From a virus (taxonomy: Duplodnaviria > Caudoviricetes), in the IMG/VR virus record IMGVR_UViG_3300005077_000420, positions 1 through 56,611 of that record: 56,611 nucleotides of DNA; one strand, written 5' to 3'. The notes under the pieces are model-generated. The model was given only the letters and a program-made list of their open reading frames with translations, had not been told where the DNA came from and did no database searches. Shown here piece by piece: positions 1-8,731 of the stretch (its first letter is position 1; each line of letters starts with the position of its first letter). Position numbers and translations under genes: made by a program.

Positions 1-167
1 TTTCATCCATACTAAAATACAAATCAATATAAATATTTTCTTTATTTTCAATATTTTTAGTCATGTTTAATATTCCAGGAATATAATCTTCTATAAACAT
101 TTCAATTTCATAAAACATTATTAAACATCCGATTGCATATTTATTTTTTAATATCATTTTTTATCCT

Positions 168-362
168 TTATTCTAAATTTTTTACTTGTTCAAAAAATTC
201 AAAACTACCTGTATTCTCTGCTTTAATATCCATTAAATGTTTATTTTTCTCAATAGAATCAATTGTTTTAGGTTTTTTTATTTTTTTATATATTACTATT
301 AACATATATAATCCATATAAACATAATAAAATTAAAATTAGAATTAAAATTATATTTATCAT
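168..362 (-). CDS. small membrane protein, hypothetical
   Basis: 64 aa with an N-terminal hydrophobic helix; start overlaps the thyX stop (ATGA), GAGG upstream. Confidence 0.65.
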   Translation of the reverse strand: MINIILILILILLCLYGLYMLIVIYKKIKKPKTIDSIEKNKHLMDIKAENTGSFEFFEQVKNLE

Positions 363-1207
363 ATATCTGCCTCCGAAAGTAAAATTTTAAGTTTTTTTAA
401 TTTTTCATTAAATTCCATCTCTTCTCGATTCGATTCAAATTTAATTGAATCTTTATTTGATATACGATATATTTCTTCTTGTGATAATACAATTGAATTT
501 AATATATAATTTTCAAATGCATCCCATGTATTAGGAAGCCATATTTTTACAATTTTTGCAATTTCATTTGCATATTGTCGTATTTCATATTGTGCATGAT
601 TATCCATTCGCAATTTTAAAAAATGTAATAAATTATGAACATCCATTGTCCAAATTGCAATTGTATATGTAGATAATGGTAAATCTTTACGAGCTTGTTC
701 ACGAGCAATACCTTTATTTAATCTTTCTTTATATATTTCTTTAGAAAAATCATGCAATTCTTTTTCTCGTTTTGTTAATAAATATCCATCATCATAAGTT
801 AAAAAACCACTACTTCCTTGTTTATTTGATTTACTTTGTAATCTCCATTGATTAAATAATGTTTCTTGTTTATCATCTATTGCAATTGAATAACGAGTTG
901 AATATTCATTAACAGATGCAGTTCTATGTCTGATCCATTGTCTCCAAGTGTCCATTGGAACTTTAATTCTAAATGTTATAACATTTTGTTCAAATGGAGA
1001 TGTATGATAATGAGAAATCATATATCGAATTAATGCATTATCATCATTTATACGCTTTGATTTTTCTTCATATGATGTTCGTGCAGAATCTACAATTTTT
1101 TTATCATTTCCCATATAATCAATTACTTCAATAAATCCCTTATCTAATACTAAAAATTTTATTCCAAGTAAATCATTTAATTCTTTACTATCATATATTC
1201 TATTCAT
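359..1207 (-). CDS. thyX: FAD-dependent thymidylate synthase ThyX
   Basis: ThyX motif RHRTASVNEYSTRY (RHRx7SxR), plus HTSPFE, REQAR and HAQYEIR. Confidence 0.96.
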   Translation of the reverse strand: MNRIYDSKELNDLLGIKFLVLDKGFIEVIDYMGNDKKIVDSARTSYEEKSKRINDDNALIRYMISHYHTSPFEQNVITFRIKVPMDTWRQWIRHRTASVNEYSTRYSIAIDDKQETLFNQWRLQSKSNKQGSSGFLTYDDGYLLTKREKELHDFSKEIYKERLNKGIAREQARKDLPLSTYTIAIWTMDVHNLLHFLKLRMDNHAQYEIRQYANEIAKIVKIWLPNTWDAFENYILNSIVLSQEEIYRISNKDSIKFESNREEMEFNEKLKKLKILLSEADI

Positions 1208-1463
1208 TTGTATCTCTCTTTATCTTTTCAAGAAGAATTTTAATTAACTCTTTTCCAACTTCAGTTTCAAATTGTTCAGCATTATTTTCATTAACAAGAT
1301 TTTCAGTATTATTTAAAATTCCATAATTATATGTTAATGAATCACCTTTAATGCTAATTTCAGAAATAAAAAATGAAACATTTTTAAATATTCCATCTTC
1401 TATATTAAATATAATAAAATTACTATATTTATTATCTTCTAATATTTTTTGTACTAATTTCAT
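1200..1463 (-). CDS. hypothetical protein
   Basis: 87 aa ORF coupled to neighbours, GAGGA RBS. Confidence 0.7.
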   Translation of the reverse strand: MKLVQKILEDNKYSNFIIFNIEDGIFKNVSFFISEISIKGDSLTYNYGILNNTENLVNENNAEQFETEVGKELIKILLEKIKRDTNE

Positions 1464-1469
1464 AATAAC

Positions 1470-1868
1470 TTATCCTCTATTTAAATCAATATATTTATGA
1501 ATATTTTTTGCTAATTTTATAATTGCCTTTTCAAATGTATTTGCCCCACAATCCAATTTAATATCATGTGTTGCAATAAAATTATTTTTTTTATCAAAAC
1601 TACATCCACATTCTAACCATACCCGAACTTTAGTATTTTTAGATGAATTATTATCTATACTATTTGTTTTTGGATTAACTTTAACTATTTCAATATCTAA
1701 AGATTGTTGAAAATAACTAATATCATATTTATCTTTAAAATATGAATGATTATCTAAATAATTCCATGAATCATAAAAATTCATATTTTTATGAAATTTA
1801 TATGGTTTTTCTTTTATTTTTTTATAATTATTATTAAATACTTTTGACCAATCAATACTTTTTTTCAT
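1470..1868 (-). CDS. hypothetical phage protein
   Basis: 132 aa ORF in operon; no recognised motif. Confidence 0.7.
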   Translation of the reverse strand: MKKSIDWSKVFNNNYKKIKEKPYKFHKNMNFYDSWNYLDNHSYFKDKYDISYFQQSLDIEIVKVNPKTNSIDNNSSKNTKVRVWLECGCSFDKKNNFIATHDIKLDCGANTFEKAIIKLAKNIHKYIDLNRG

Positions 1869-2268
1869 ATTTCCATTCTATATTTTTAATTTTAAATAAA
1901 TTATTACTGCCTATATTTTCAATTGGTTTTTTTATTTTTTTTGATAAATGATTATATTCAAATTGAATTTGTTTTTCAGAAACATTTATATAAATATTAG
2001 TATCAATTAAATTAAAATTAATTTTATTTAAATCATATTTATAATTTCTATTTTTTGATTCTATCCATATATAATAAAGATAAGTATTAATAAAGTTTAA
2101 TGGATTAATTTGATCTTGGAATATTTTTGATTGTGGATGATTTTGATATGCAAATTTTAATCCATTTAATTTATATTCTATTCCTTTTTTAGCTAAAAGA
2201 GTTTCTCTCCATAAAGCATTTAATCTTTTTTGATCTAATGATTTAAAAGATATTGTCCATATTCTCAT
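1852..2268 (-). CDS. pyrimidine-dimer DNA glycosylase family (DenV/Pyr_excise-like)
   Basis: N-terminus MRIWT..KSLDQKRLNALWRETLLA and YQNHPQ resemble the family pattern MRxWs..P.yLD...L.AlWRE.LLA...Y.nHP. Confidence 0.75.
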   Translation of the reverse strand: MRIWTISFKSLDQKRLNALWRETLLAKKGIEYKLNGLKFAYQNHPQSKIFQDQINPLNFINTYLYYIWIESKNRNYKYDLNKINFNLIDTNIYINVSEKQIQFEYNHLSKKIKKPIENIGSNNLFKIKNIEWKYEKKY

Positions 2269-2389
2269 ATTAATTCTCGTATTAAAATATAAATTTATAT
2301 TAAAATCTTAAAATTGTTATTATTTTTAAAGATAAAAAAAATCTTATATTAATATATATTCAGATGAATCGACTTGAATTAATTGTATA

Positions 2390-2638
2390 TCATCTATTTA
2401 AAACACCATAATCATATAACATAGTTTTTAAATCATATATTACACCAAGTAACAAATCTCCTGCATTTTTCTCATTAAATTTTTTTGGCAAATTTCCAGT
2501 TCGTAAATATTCAATAGCAATTAAATATTCACTTTTATCATTAACATCTCCAAAAATAGAAGTAATTGGAAGATTATCATATTCTGCCTTCAATTTATCT
2601 GCCAATTTGTTTTTCATATCTTGAGTTATTGTTAACAT
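2390..2638 (-). CDS. hypothetical protein
   Basis: 82 aa ORF with AAGGA RBS and its own sigma70-like promoter. Confidence 0.7.
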   Translation of the reverse strand: MLTITQDMKNKLADKLKAEYDNLPITSIFGDVNDKSEYLIAIEYLRTGNLPKKFNEKNAGDLLLGVIYDLKTMLYDYGVLNR

Positions 2639-2667
2639 GATTTTTCCTTTTTTTCTTTTACTACTAT

Positions 2668-2696
2668 AATATACAAAATAAAAATAAAAAAGTCAA
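2668..2696 (-). promoter_or_regulatory. sigma70-type promoter TTGACT-N17-TATATT
   Basis: intergenic; -35 at 2691-2696, -10 at 2668-2673; same architecture as 3336-3364. Confidence 0.7.
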
Positions 2697-2702
2697 TAGG
2701 GA

Positions 2703-2912
2703 TTATCCACCAGTTTTAAATAATTTAATGGCGGCTCGAATAAAACTATCTTCATTTTTAAAAAATCTAAATTTACCATCTACATAAAATACTCTATCAC
2801 CATTCTTTTTTAATATGACTTGATATGGAATACGTTCATTTGATAATATATTTCCATCTTTAAGAAATTTCTTCATTTCATTAAATTCTGCTTTACTTAT
2901 TTTACAATTCAT
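2703..2912 (-). CDS. hypothetical protein
   Basis: 69 aa ORF, AGGA RBS. Confidence 0.65.
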   Translation of the reverse strand: MNCKISKAEFNEMKKFLKDGNILSNERIPYQVILKKNGDRVFYVDGKFRFFKNEDSFIRAAIKLFKTGG

Positions 2913-2926
2913 TTTTAAATATCCTA

Positions 2927-3301
2927 TTATTTAACAACTTTTACCCATTTTTGGTTTTTTTCTATTTCAATATAATTATAATAATACCAAGCACTATTCA
3001 CTGCTTTATCATAAGAATCATAAACTAAACTAAAATATATTTTACCATTATTATTTATAGCCCATTTAAATTCATTATTATTATTACTGTAAATTTCATA
3101 TTTTGGAGGAAGAGATATAATATTTTTTTCTATAATATTAATATTTTTATTTATAATATTAATTGAATCTGATTTAATATATTTATAATTAACATAATCA
3201 TTATATAATGTTTCAATTTCATCATTAAGTTTATTAATATACATTATTAATCCAATTATAATTATAATTGTTAACATTAATAAAATATAACATATTTTCA
3301 T
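2927..3301 (-). CDS. membrane-anchored hypothetical protein
   Basis: N-terminal hydrophobic helix followed by a coiled-coil-like stretch. Confidence 0.65.
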   Translation of the reverse strand: MKICYILLMLTIIIIIGLIMYINKLNDEIETLYNDYVNYKYIKSDSINIINKNINIIEKNIISLPPKYEIYSNNNNEFKWAINNNGKIYFSLVYDSYDKAVNSAWYYYNYIEIEKNQKWVKVVK

Positions 3302-3335
3302 ATTTGTATCCTATCTTTTCTATATATTTTAATAT

Positions 3336-3364
3336 AATATACTAAATAAATATATAAATGTCAA
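3336..3364 (-). promoter_or_regulatory. sigma70-type promoter TTGACA-N17-TATATT
   Basis: perfect -35 at 3359-3364, -10 at 3336-3341, intergenic. Confidence 0.75.
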
Positions 3365-3368
3365 TATA

Positions 3369-3479
3369 TCAACAATAATATTTAAAATCGAATTTATTAA
3401 AATCATCCCATATTTTTTTTGTAGCATATGCAAGTGCAATTAAAGATATTGCAATTATTACTTTTTTTCCGATTTTCAT
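3369..3479 (-). CDS. 36-aa membrane peptide (not in the ORF track)
   Basis: hand-translated MKIGKKVIIAISLIALAYATKKIWDDFNKFDFKYYC*; AAGGAG RBS upstream. Confidence 0.6.
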   Translation of the reverse strand: MKIGKKVIIAISLIALAYATKKIWDDFNKFDFKYYC

Positions 3480-3524
3480 TATTTTTACTCCTTTTAAATA
3501 AATATATAAATAAATATATATAAT

Positions 3525-3863
3525 TTATATTTTATTTAAATAATTAAAATATAAAATAAATAATTTTTTATATAACCATTTTGGTTTTCGATAATAAAAA
3601 TTATTCCATTTTTTTAATTGAGAATGCGTATATGTTTGATGATAACCAACACAAAATTCAAATAATATTTTTCTTAATATCCATTTAATTTTAGTTTTTC
3701 CATATAATCTAAATATTATACACCAATTATTTTTTTTAGTAACAAATTCACATAATTTATTATTATAAATACACAGTCCGTTTAAATGATAATCATAATG
3801 ATTAGATATCCATTTAAAATTAACTTCATTATATGGAATTATATTAAGAAGTTCTTTTTGCAT
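3525..3863 (-). CDS. hypothetical protein
   Basis: 112 aa ORF, TAATG-coupled to the upstream gene. Confidence 0.65.
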   Translation of the reverse strand: MQKELLNIIPYNEVNFKWISNHYDYHLNGLCIYNNKLCEFVTKKNNWCIIFRLYGKTKIKWILRKILFEFCVGYHQTYTHSQLKKWNNFYYRKPKWLYKKLFILYFNYLNKI

Positions 3864-4669
3864 TATTTATAATTATCCTTTATTATATCCCATGTTTGTT
3901 TCATTAATTTTGTTCTTGTTTCTCCACGATCAGAAAATCCTGAAAATATCCATACATCAAAAAATCTAATAAAATGTGGTAATTTATATTTTTCATCTGA
4001 AAAATGTTGAGACATTTGCCAACTATTATTTAATACCTCATGTCGATATAAATGATTAACTCCATATTTAATAGGTAGAAAATTAACAGGAATATTATAT
4101 TTTGTAAGTAAATAGTTAATTACTGGTTGATCTCGACCTCGTTTTACAATAACATCTTCTCTTCTAATTATTTCATCTTTATTTTCATAATAAAAATTCT
4201 TAACTATATTCCAAAAATAATGATGTTGTTTAAAAAATAAAATAAAACCACTTGCAATATAATTATTTAAATTAAAATTTACATCAAGAAATAAATCTTG
4301 ATATCCTATAGAACTTTGATAAGTCCATTTTAAATTTTCATTTGCTTTTAATGCAGAAAATTTATCTTTATATAATTCAATTAAATCTGGAGCATCCCAT
4401 TTAATCATAATAGAAGCATCTGTTGATAAAACTGCATCATAATCCAATGGAATTATTTGATCTAAATATAACCATCGTTGCCAATTAATTTTTACTTTTA
4501 ATGTATCAGATTCAATTGGATTTTCAAATGGAATAAAAACATATCCATATTTATTGCAGTAATATTCCCATGTCAATCTGGAATAATTCATCCATTCAAA
4601 GTCTCCATAATTATATTTATTTGATGCTTCTTTATTTTTTATTCCTGTCCATAATAATATTTTCTTCAT
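3863..4669 (-). CDS. GT-A fold glycosyltransferase (GT8/GT34-like)
   Basis: WQRW, STDASIMIKWDAPD, SGFILF and GRDQPVINY motifs; resembles the C-terminal half of 8731-10062; probable start MKKILLW at 4669. Confidence 0.7.
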   Translation of the reverse strand: MKKILLWTGIKNKEASNKYNYGDFEWMNYSRLTWEYYCNKYGYVFIPFENPIESDTLKVKINWQRWLYLDQIIPLDYDAVLSTDASIMIKWDAPDLIELYKDKFSALKANENLKWTYQSSIGYQDLFLDVNFNLNNYIASGFILFFKQHHYFWNIVKNFYYENKDEIIRREDVIVKRGRDQPVINYLLTKYNIPVNFLPIKYGVNHLYRHEVLNNSWQMSQHFSDEKYKLPHFIRFFDVWIFSGFSDRGETRTKLMKQTWDIIKDNYK

Positions 4670-4679
4670 ATTTGGCTTT

Positions 4680-5228
4680 CTAATTATGTACTTCTTTAAA
4701 TTCAATTACTTCATATTTTCCATAACTTAAACGATACGTTCCTATACCTTCTTTTCCAGCTTCAACTAAAATATTTTTCATTGTTTCATTATTTATATGT
4801 TCATCTGCATTTGAAATTATATGAAATTCAAATTCCCAATTTTTCCATATAGGTCTTGCTATTGGACTTCTACATTTTGTATTCGGATTAACAATAGTAT
4901 CTATATTTATTTCATAATTTTCTGGATTCTTTGGTTGTAAAAAATATATAAATTCTTCTTCAACAATAATACTTTGAGCGCATAAATTTTTATATGTTTT
5001 TTTCCCTTGCCATTTAATTTGAGTTGCACCTTTTATAATTGATCTTTCAACATGATTTGATGGTTGAATAATAATACCATTATTATCCAAATATAAACAT
5101 TTTTTTACATCCTTCACTGGATCAAAAATAGTTGATTTTTTTGTTTTTCCAATAGAAATTTCTTCAATTGGAAATCTTTTATGCATTAATGGTCTTATTC
5201 CCTGTATTCTAACATAATATCGTTTCAT
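4680..5228 (-). CDS. stand-alone Cas7/RAMP-like RNA-binding protein (182 aa)
   Basis: RAMP-type order of motifs: YYVRIQGIRPL (beta1), IIIQPSNHVERSI (IPgSslkG-like), thumb hairpin IDTIVNPNTKCRSPIARP, WEFEFHI, C-terminal G-rich loop AGKEGIGTYRLSYGKYEV; start MKRYY at 5228 with GAGG RBS at 5234-5237. Confidence 0.72.
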   Translation of the reverse strand: MKRYYVRIQGIRPLMHKRFPIEEISIGKTKKSTIFDPVKDVKKCLYLDNNGIIIQPSNHVERSIIKGATQIKWQGKKTYKNLCAQSIIVEEEFIYFLQPKNPENYEINIDTIVNPNTKCRSPIARPIWKNWEFEFHIISNADEHINNETMKNILVEAGKEGIGTYRLSYGKYEVIEFKEVHN

Positions 5229-5244
5229 ATTAACCTCATTAAAA

Positions 5245-5279
5245 ACACTACAACACACTACATGACAACACGCCACGTC
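5245..5279 (-). repeat. 5-nt-period repeat tract (NN-YGT)x7, candidate small guide RNA
   Basis: minus strand reads GA-CGT-GG-CGT-GT-TGT-CA-TGT-AG-TGT-GT-TGT-AG-TGT followed by TTTT; 17 of 35 bases are G/C, against a very AT-rich background; intergenic, directly 5' of the RAMP-like gene. Confidence 0.8.
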
Positions 5280-5288
5280 ATTATAAAA

Positions 5289-6152
5289 TTATTTTCTATT
5301 TCGTATAAAACCAAAAAATCTTTTTGTATCATTTTCTTTTTTAATTTCTGATTGTTTTTTTATTTCTTTTAATCTATCTTCAGTTAATGTTTCTAATTCT
5401 CTCATTTCATCAATAATATCAGAAGGTATATCATACATTTTAGGATATCCATATAAAACTTTTTGACTTTCATCATATTCAATAATAAATGCTCCTATAT
5501 CTGGAGTTTCATTAAATACTTTTCTTTCCATATAATCTGTAGAATATTGAAATGCTGGAGTTATATATGCTTGAATTCCAGATTTTTGAATTCCATAAAA
5601 AATATGACCATGTGATCTAACAATCATTGTAGGACATTTTGTTTTTGTTTTTACTGCATCTTTTTGAACATTATCCATTTCTTTTTTCAACGATGATAAT
5701 GTAAATCCTGCCGCATGTTTAAATTGTATTTTTTCATTTTCAATTAATAATTCATATATATTTCTATGATATGTTCCACCCAATTTTTCAATTACTTGTC
5801 TATCTAAATTTGCTCCTGCTCTACTACTATTATGATATCCACTACCTGCAATACCATGTACTTTAGTATTATTTCCAATAATAGGTTTTAATAATTCAAT
5901 TGCAAAATTTATTTGTTCATCAGTATCAGTTGTTATTGCTTCAACTCCAGCTTGTAAACTTTGATTTCCATCACATATATCACCATTTAAAATTAAATAA
6001 TCTGGAAATTTATAAGTTTTAATAATATCTTCATATATATTTAATACCCATTTTTGAAATGGATTTGAATAATAATAATTTTCTATTGTCCTTTTTGGAT
6101 TTAAACCTCTTATATGACCACAATGCATATCCGATAGTGTTAATATTCGCAA
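5289..6152 (-). CDS. calcineurin-like metallophosphoesterase
   Basis: SDMHCG, NGDICDG, GSGYH and SHGH motifs; TTG start. Confidence 0.85.
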   Translation of the reverse strand: MRILTLSDMHCGHIRGLNPKRTIENYYYSNPFQKWVLNIYEDIIKTYKFPDYLILNGDICDGNQSLQAGVEAITTDTDEQINFAIELLKPIIGNNTKVHGIAGSGYHNSSRAGANLDRQVIEKLGGTYHRNIYELLIENEKIQFKHAAGFTLSSLKKEMDNVQKDAVKTKTKCPTMIVRSHGHIFYGIQKSGIQAYITPAFQYSTDYMERKVFNETPDIGAFIIEYDESQKVLYGYPKMYDIPSDIIDEMRELETLTEDRLKEIKKQSEIKKENDTKRFFGFIRNRK

Positions 6153-6162
6153 TTCAGTTCTC

Positions 6163-6648
6163 CTAAATAATTAATAGTTTATTTTTTAAAAAATTAAATA
6201 ATTTTGTATTTGATTTATCAATATATTTATTAATATCAATAATAGTATTATTTAATTCCCATTTTTTAAAATCAGTTTTATCAAAACAATCTTTACATAT
6301 TGTTAAAATCCATCCTTTGGTTTTACCTATATTATTAATTGTTCCACAAAATTCACATATAGATAATGATATAATTCTTGCAAATTCTACTAAATTATAT
6401 ATATATTCATCTTCATCTCCACCATCATAATAAACTGAAAGGAATCCAAATTTTTCTTTAATTTGTGTTATTTTAACTTGAATAATATTATGTGTATCTA
6501 TATAAGACTGAATATCATAACATAAACAATCTAATAATTCATACCAACCATTACGATGTGAAAATTCATATACAGATATATTTTGATTATCATCAATAAA
6601 TAATTTTGGATATTTATTTATTATTTGTTGTTCTAATTCATAATCCAT
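6163..6648 (-). CDS. conserved phage hypothetical protein with C-terminal Zn ribbon
   Basis: GWYELL, QIKEKFG, CEFCG and GWILTICKDC; probable start MDYELE at 6648. Confidence 0.7.
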   Translation of the reverse strand: MDYELEQQIINKYPKLFIDDNQNISVYEFSHRNGWYELLDCLCYDIQSYIDTHNIIQVKITQIKEKFGFLSVYYDGGDEDEYIYNLVEFARIISLSICEFCGTINNIGKTKGWILTICKDCFDKTDFKKWELNNTIIDINKYIDKSNTKLFNFLKNKLLII

Positions 6649-6652
6649 TATA

Positions 6653-7054
6653 TTAATCTTTCTGAACAAAGATTTTATAAGTAACTGTTTGAATAAAATA
6701 CCATGCACATGACATCATTAATATTGATAAAAATATTCCAAATATACTATTATATGATTTTAAAGAAATATATAATAAAATTATAAATACATTAATATTT
6801 TTAAAAAAATGTTGACCATCCCAAAATATAGGATGTAATAAAAATTTTATTGTTAAATGTTTAAATGTTAATATATAATAACGATACTCGTTACTATCAT
6901 ATGATTGTAACCATGTATATAATTTAAAATATTTATTTTTTAATCGTTGAAATATACTATTAGAAAACCAACGATCAAATTCAATTATTTCTCTTAATCT
7001 ATCAAAAAATGCAAGTAAAGAAATAAAAATAAGAAATTCAATTATTATATCCAT
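6653..7054 (-). CDS. membrane protein, hypothetical
   Basis: several hydrophobic segments, GGAG RBS. Confidence 0.7.
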   Translation of the reverse strand: MDIIIEFLIFISLLAFFDRLREIIEFDRWFSNSIFQRLKNKYFKLYTWLQSYDSNEYRYYILTFKHLTIKFLLHPIFWDGQHFFKNINVFIILLYISLKSYNSIFGIFLSILMMSCAWYFIQTVTYKIFVQKD

Positions 7055-7082
7055 TCATTCTACTCCAAATTAATTATTTAAA

Positions 7083-7547
7083 TTACTTATTATCATTTTT
7101 ATTAAATTCATAATTCTTAGCCATATATGACATTCTACGATTATTAACTATTAAAAATAATACAGGCATTATTATAAATGATAATATTAATGCAATATAT
7201 AAGAAATACTTTAACAAAATAATAGATATTATTGTTCCAATCGTATCTGATATTAAATCTTTAAATGAAAATCCTTGTATATTTCCATCAGAATCATATG
7301 GTTTTGTGCCATCTTTTATTTCCCAAACAAATCCAATAAATACTGATATAATAAATGTTGAATATAATGCAAAATTAATTACTGACAATTTAGATGTATC
7401 TAAAAATAAATTTATAAATCCAAGATTTAAAAACCATATTATAGTTGTACCAACAATTGATAATAATAAATGTTCAAGTTTATCATATTTAAAAATACTC
7501 CCCTGTGTACTTAACCATTTATCTATATTCCATTTTAAAAATTTCAT
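7083..7547 (-). CDS. VanZ/YfiM-like membrane protein
   Basis: DKLEH, WEIKD and FSFKDLISDTIG motifs with 3-4 TM segments. Confidence 0.6.
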   Translation of the reverse strand: MKFLKWNIDKWLSTQGSIFKYDKLEHLLLSIVGTTIIWFLNLGFINLFLDTSKLSVINFALYSTFIISVFIGFVWEIKDGTKPYDSDGNIQGFSFKDLISDTIGTIISIILLKYFLYIALILSFIIMPVLFLIVNNRRMSYMAKNYEFNKNDNK

Positions 7548-7577
7548 AAATTTTCTCCATTAAATTAAATATTTAAA

Positions 7578-8117
7578 TTATCTATTATCACCGTCTCCAT
7601 TAATTTTTCCTCTATTAAATCGGGATAATAATTTATCACTATTTGTTTGTAATACAGTATTCATATCAAATCCATAGTTTTTAGCTATATATGATATTCT
7701 ATAAAAAACTGTAATTAATATACTTTGTACAAAATTTTTATATTCATCATTAATTTTATTATAATTAATAAAATCTTCATCATCTCGTAATAATTTTCCT
7801 GTTTTCTCTGATAATTTTGATGTTAATATACATATATCTATAAAATTATAAAATACTTCACTTTTATTATATAATGTATCATTTTTTATATTTAATACAT
7901 TATAATCTAATCCTAAATCCTGAAAAATAGCAAATATATACCAAACAACATCTCCCATTTCTTTATTTAACTCATCATTAGATGAATTTGGTGTTAAAAA
8001 TTTTTCAAATAATTCTCCACATTCTCCATTTATTTTAAGAATTGGATAAATAACTGCATATTGTGTTGGATATTTTTTTACTTTTAATACCATTTCATTA
8101 TATTCATTTAAATTCAT
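7578..8117 (-). CDS. mazG: MazG-like NTP pyrophosphohydrolase
   Basis: GECGELFEK, KEMGDVVWY and C-terminal NSDKLLSRFNRGKINGDGDNR. Confidence 0.85.
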   Translation of the reverse strand: MNLNEYNEMVLKVKKYPTQYAVIYPILKINGECGELFEKFLTPNSSNDELNKEMGDVVWYIFAIFQDLGLDYNVLNIKNDTLYNKSEVFYNFIDICILTSKLSEKTGKLLRDDEDFINYNKINDEYKNFVQSILITVFYRISYIAKNYGFDMNTVLQTNSDKLLSRFNRGKINGDGDNR

Positions 8118-8144
8118 TGATTTCCTTTCTAAAAAAATTATTTT

Positions 8145-8432
8145 TTATTTATCTAAATTTTTTAATTCTTTTTCACGTTTTTTTAATATTTTATTTATTT
8201 CATCACGCAATGCTATTAAAAATGCTGGTGTATAATGATTATCTAATTGATTTATAAATTCTTTTGCCGCTTCTTTTGGTATATTTTTGATATCTATATA
8301 TGATTGTGGAACATCAGATATCCAAATATCTTCAAGATGATCATATCGAGTAAATATATGAATAAGAGCTACACTATTTGGACTTAATAATATTGGTTTT
8401 CTAAATGTTGATTTAAATTGATTTATATTCAT
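8145..8432 (-). CDS. hypothetical protein
   Basis: 95 aa ORF, ATGA-coupled. Confidence 0.65.
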   Translation of the reverse strand: MNINQFKSTFRKPILLSPNSVALIHIFTRYDHLEDIWISDVPQSYIDIKNIPKEAAKEFINQLDNHYTPAFLIALRDEINKILKKREKELKNLDK

Positions 8433-8731
8433 TTTATTTTTTTACTTATATGTCGATCTATATAATATTTAGCCATATCTATTATTTGTTTTTTACCAGA
8501 ATATTCTTCCGATTCTTCTTTTTCAGTTATAAAATAAGAATCATAAAATTTCATATACCATTTGGGTACAGTTGATTTTCGATAACCAGTCATTGTTTTA
8601 TAAATTAAAAATTTTATATTTTTATATTCATATACATAAGCAGGATATACTGAATTAAATAAAGTTTTTTTAATAAGTTTTAAATTATCTGAATTTTCTG
8701 ATAATAATTTAATATTTTTTAATAATATCAT
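8429..8731 (-). CDS. hypothetical protein
   Basis: 100 aa ORF, TAATG-coupled, GGAG RBS. Confidence 0.65.
   Translation of the reverse strand: MILLKNIKLLSENSDNLKLIKKTLFNSVYPAYVYEYKNIKFLIYKTMTGYRKSTVPKWYMKFYDSYFITEKEESEEYSGKKQIIDMAKYYIDRHISKKIK

Noticed and set aside
5229-5276. Cys-rich N-terminal extension MACCHVVCCSVFNEVN on the 198-aa ORF call
   Set aside because: It is the translation of the period-5 repeat from a GTG with no RBS; a GAGG RBS sits correctly before the ATG at 5228.
5245-5279. Conventional CRISPR array or simple microsatellite
   Set aside because: There is no 23-47-nt repeat/spacer structure, and the units vary at two fixed positions, unlike a slippage repeat.
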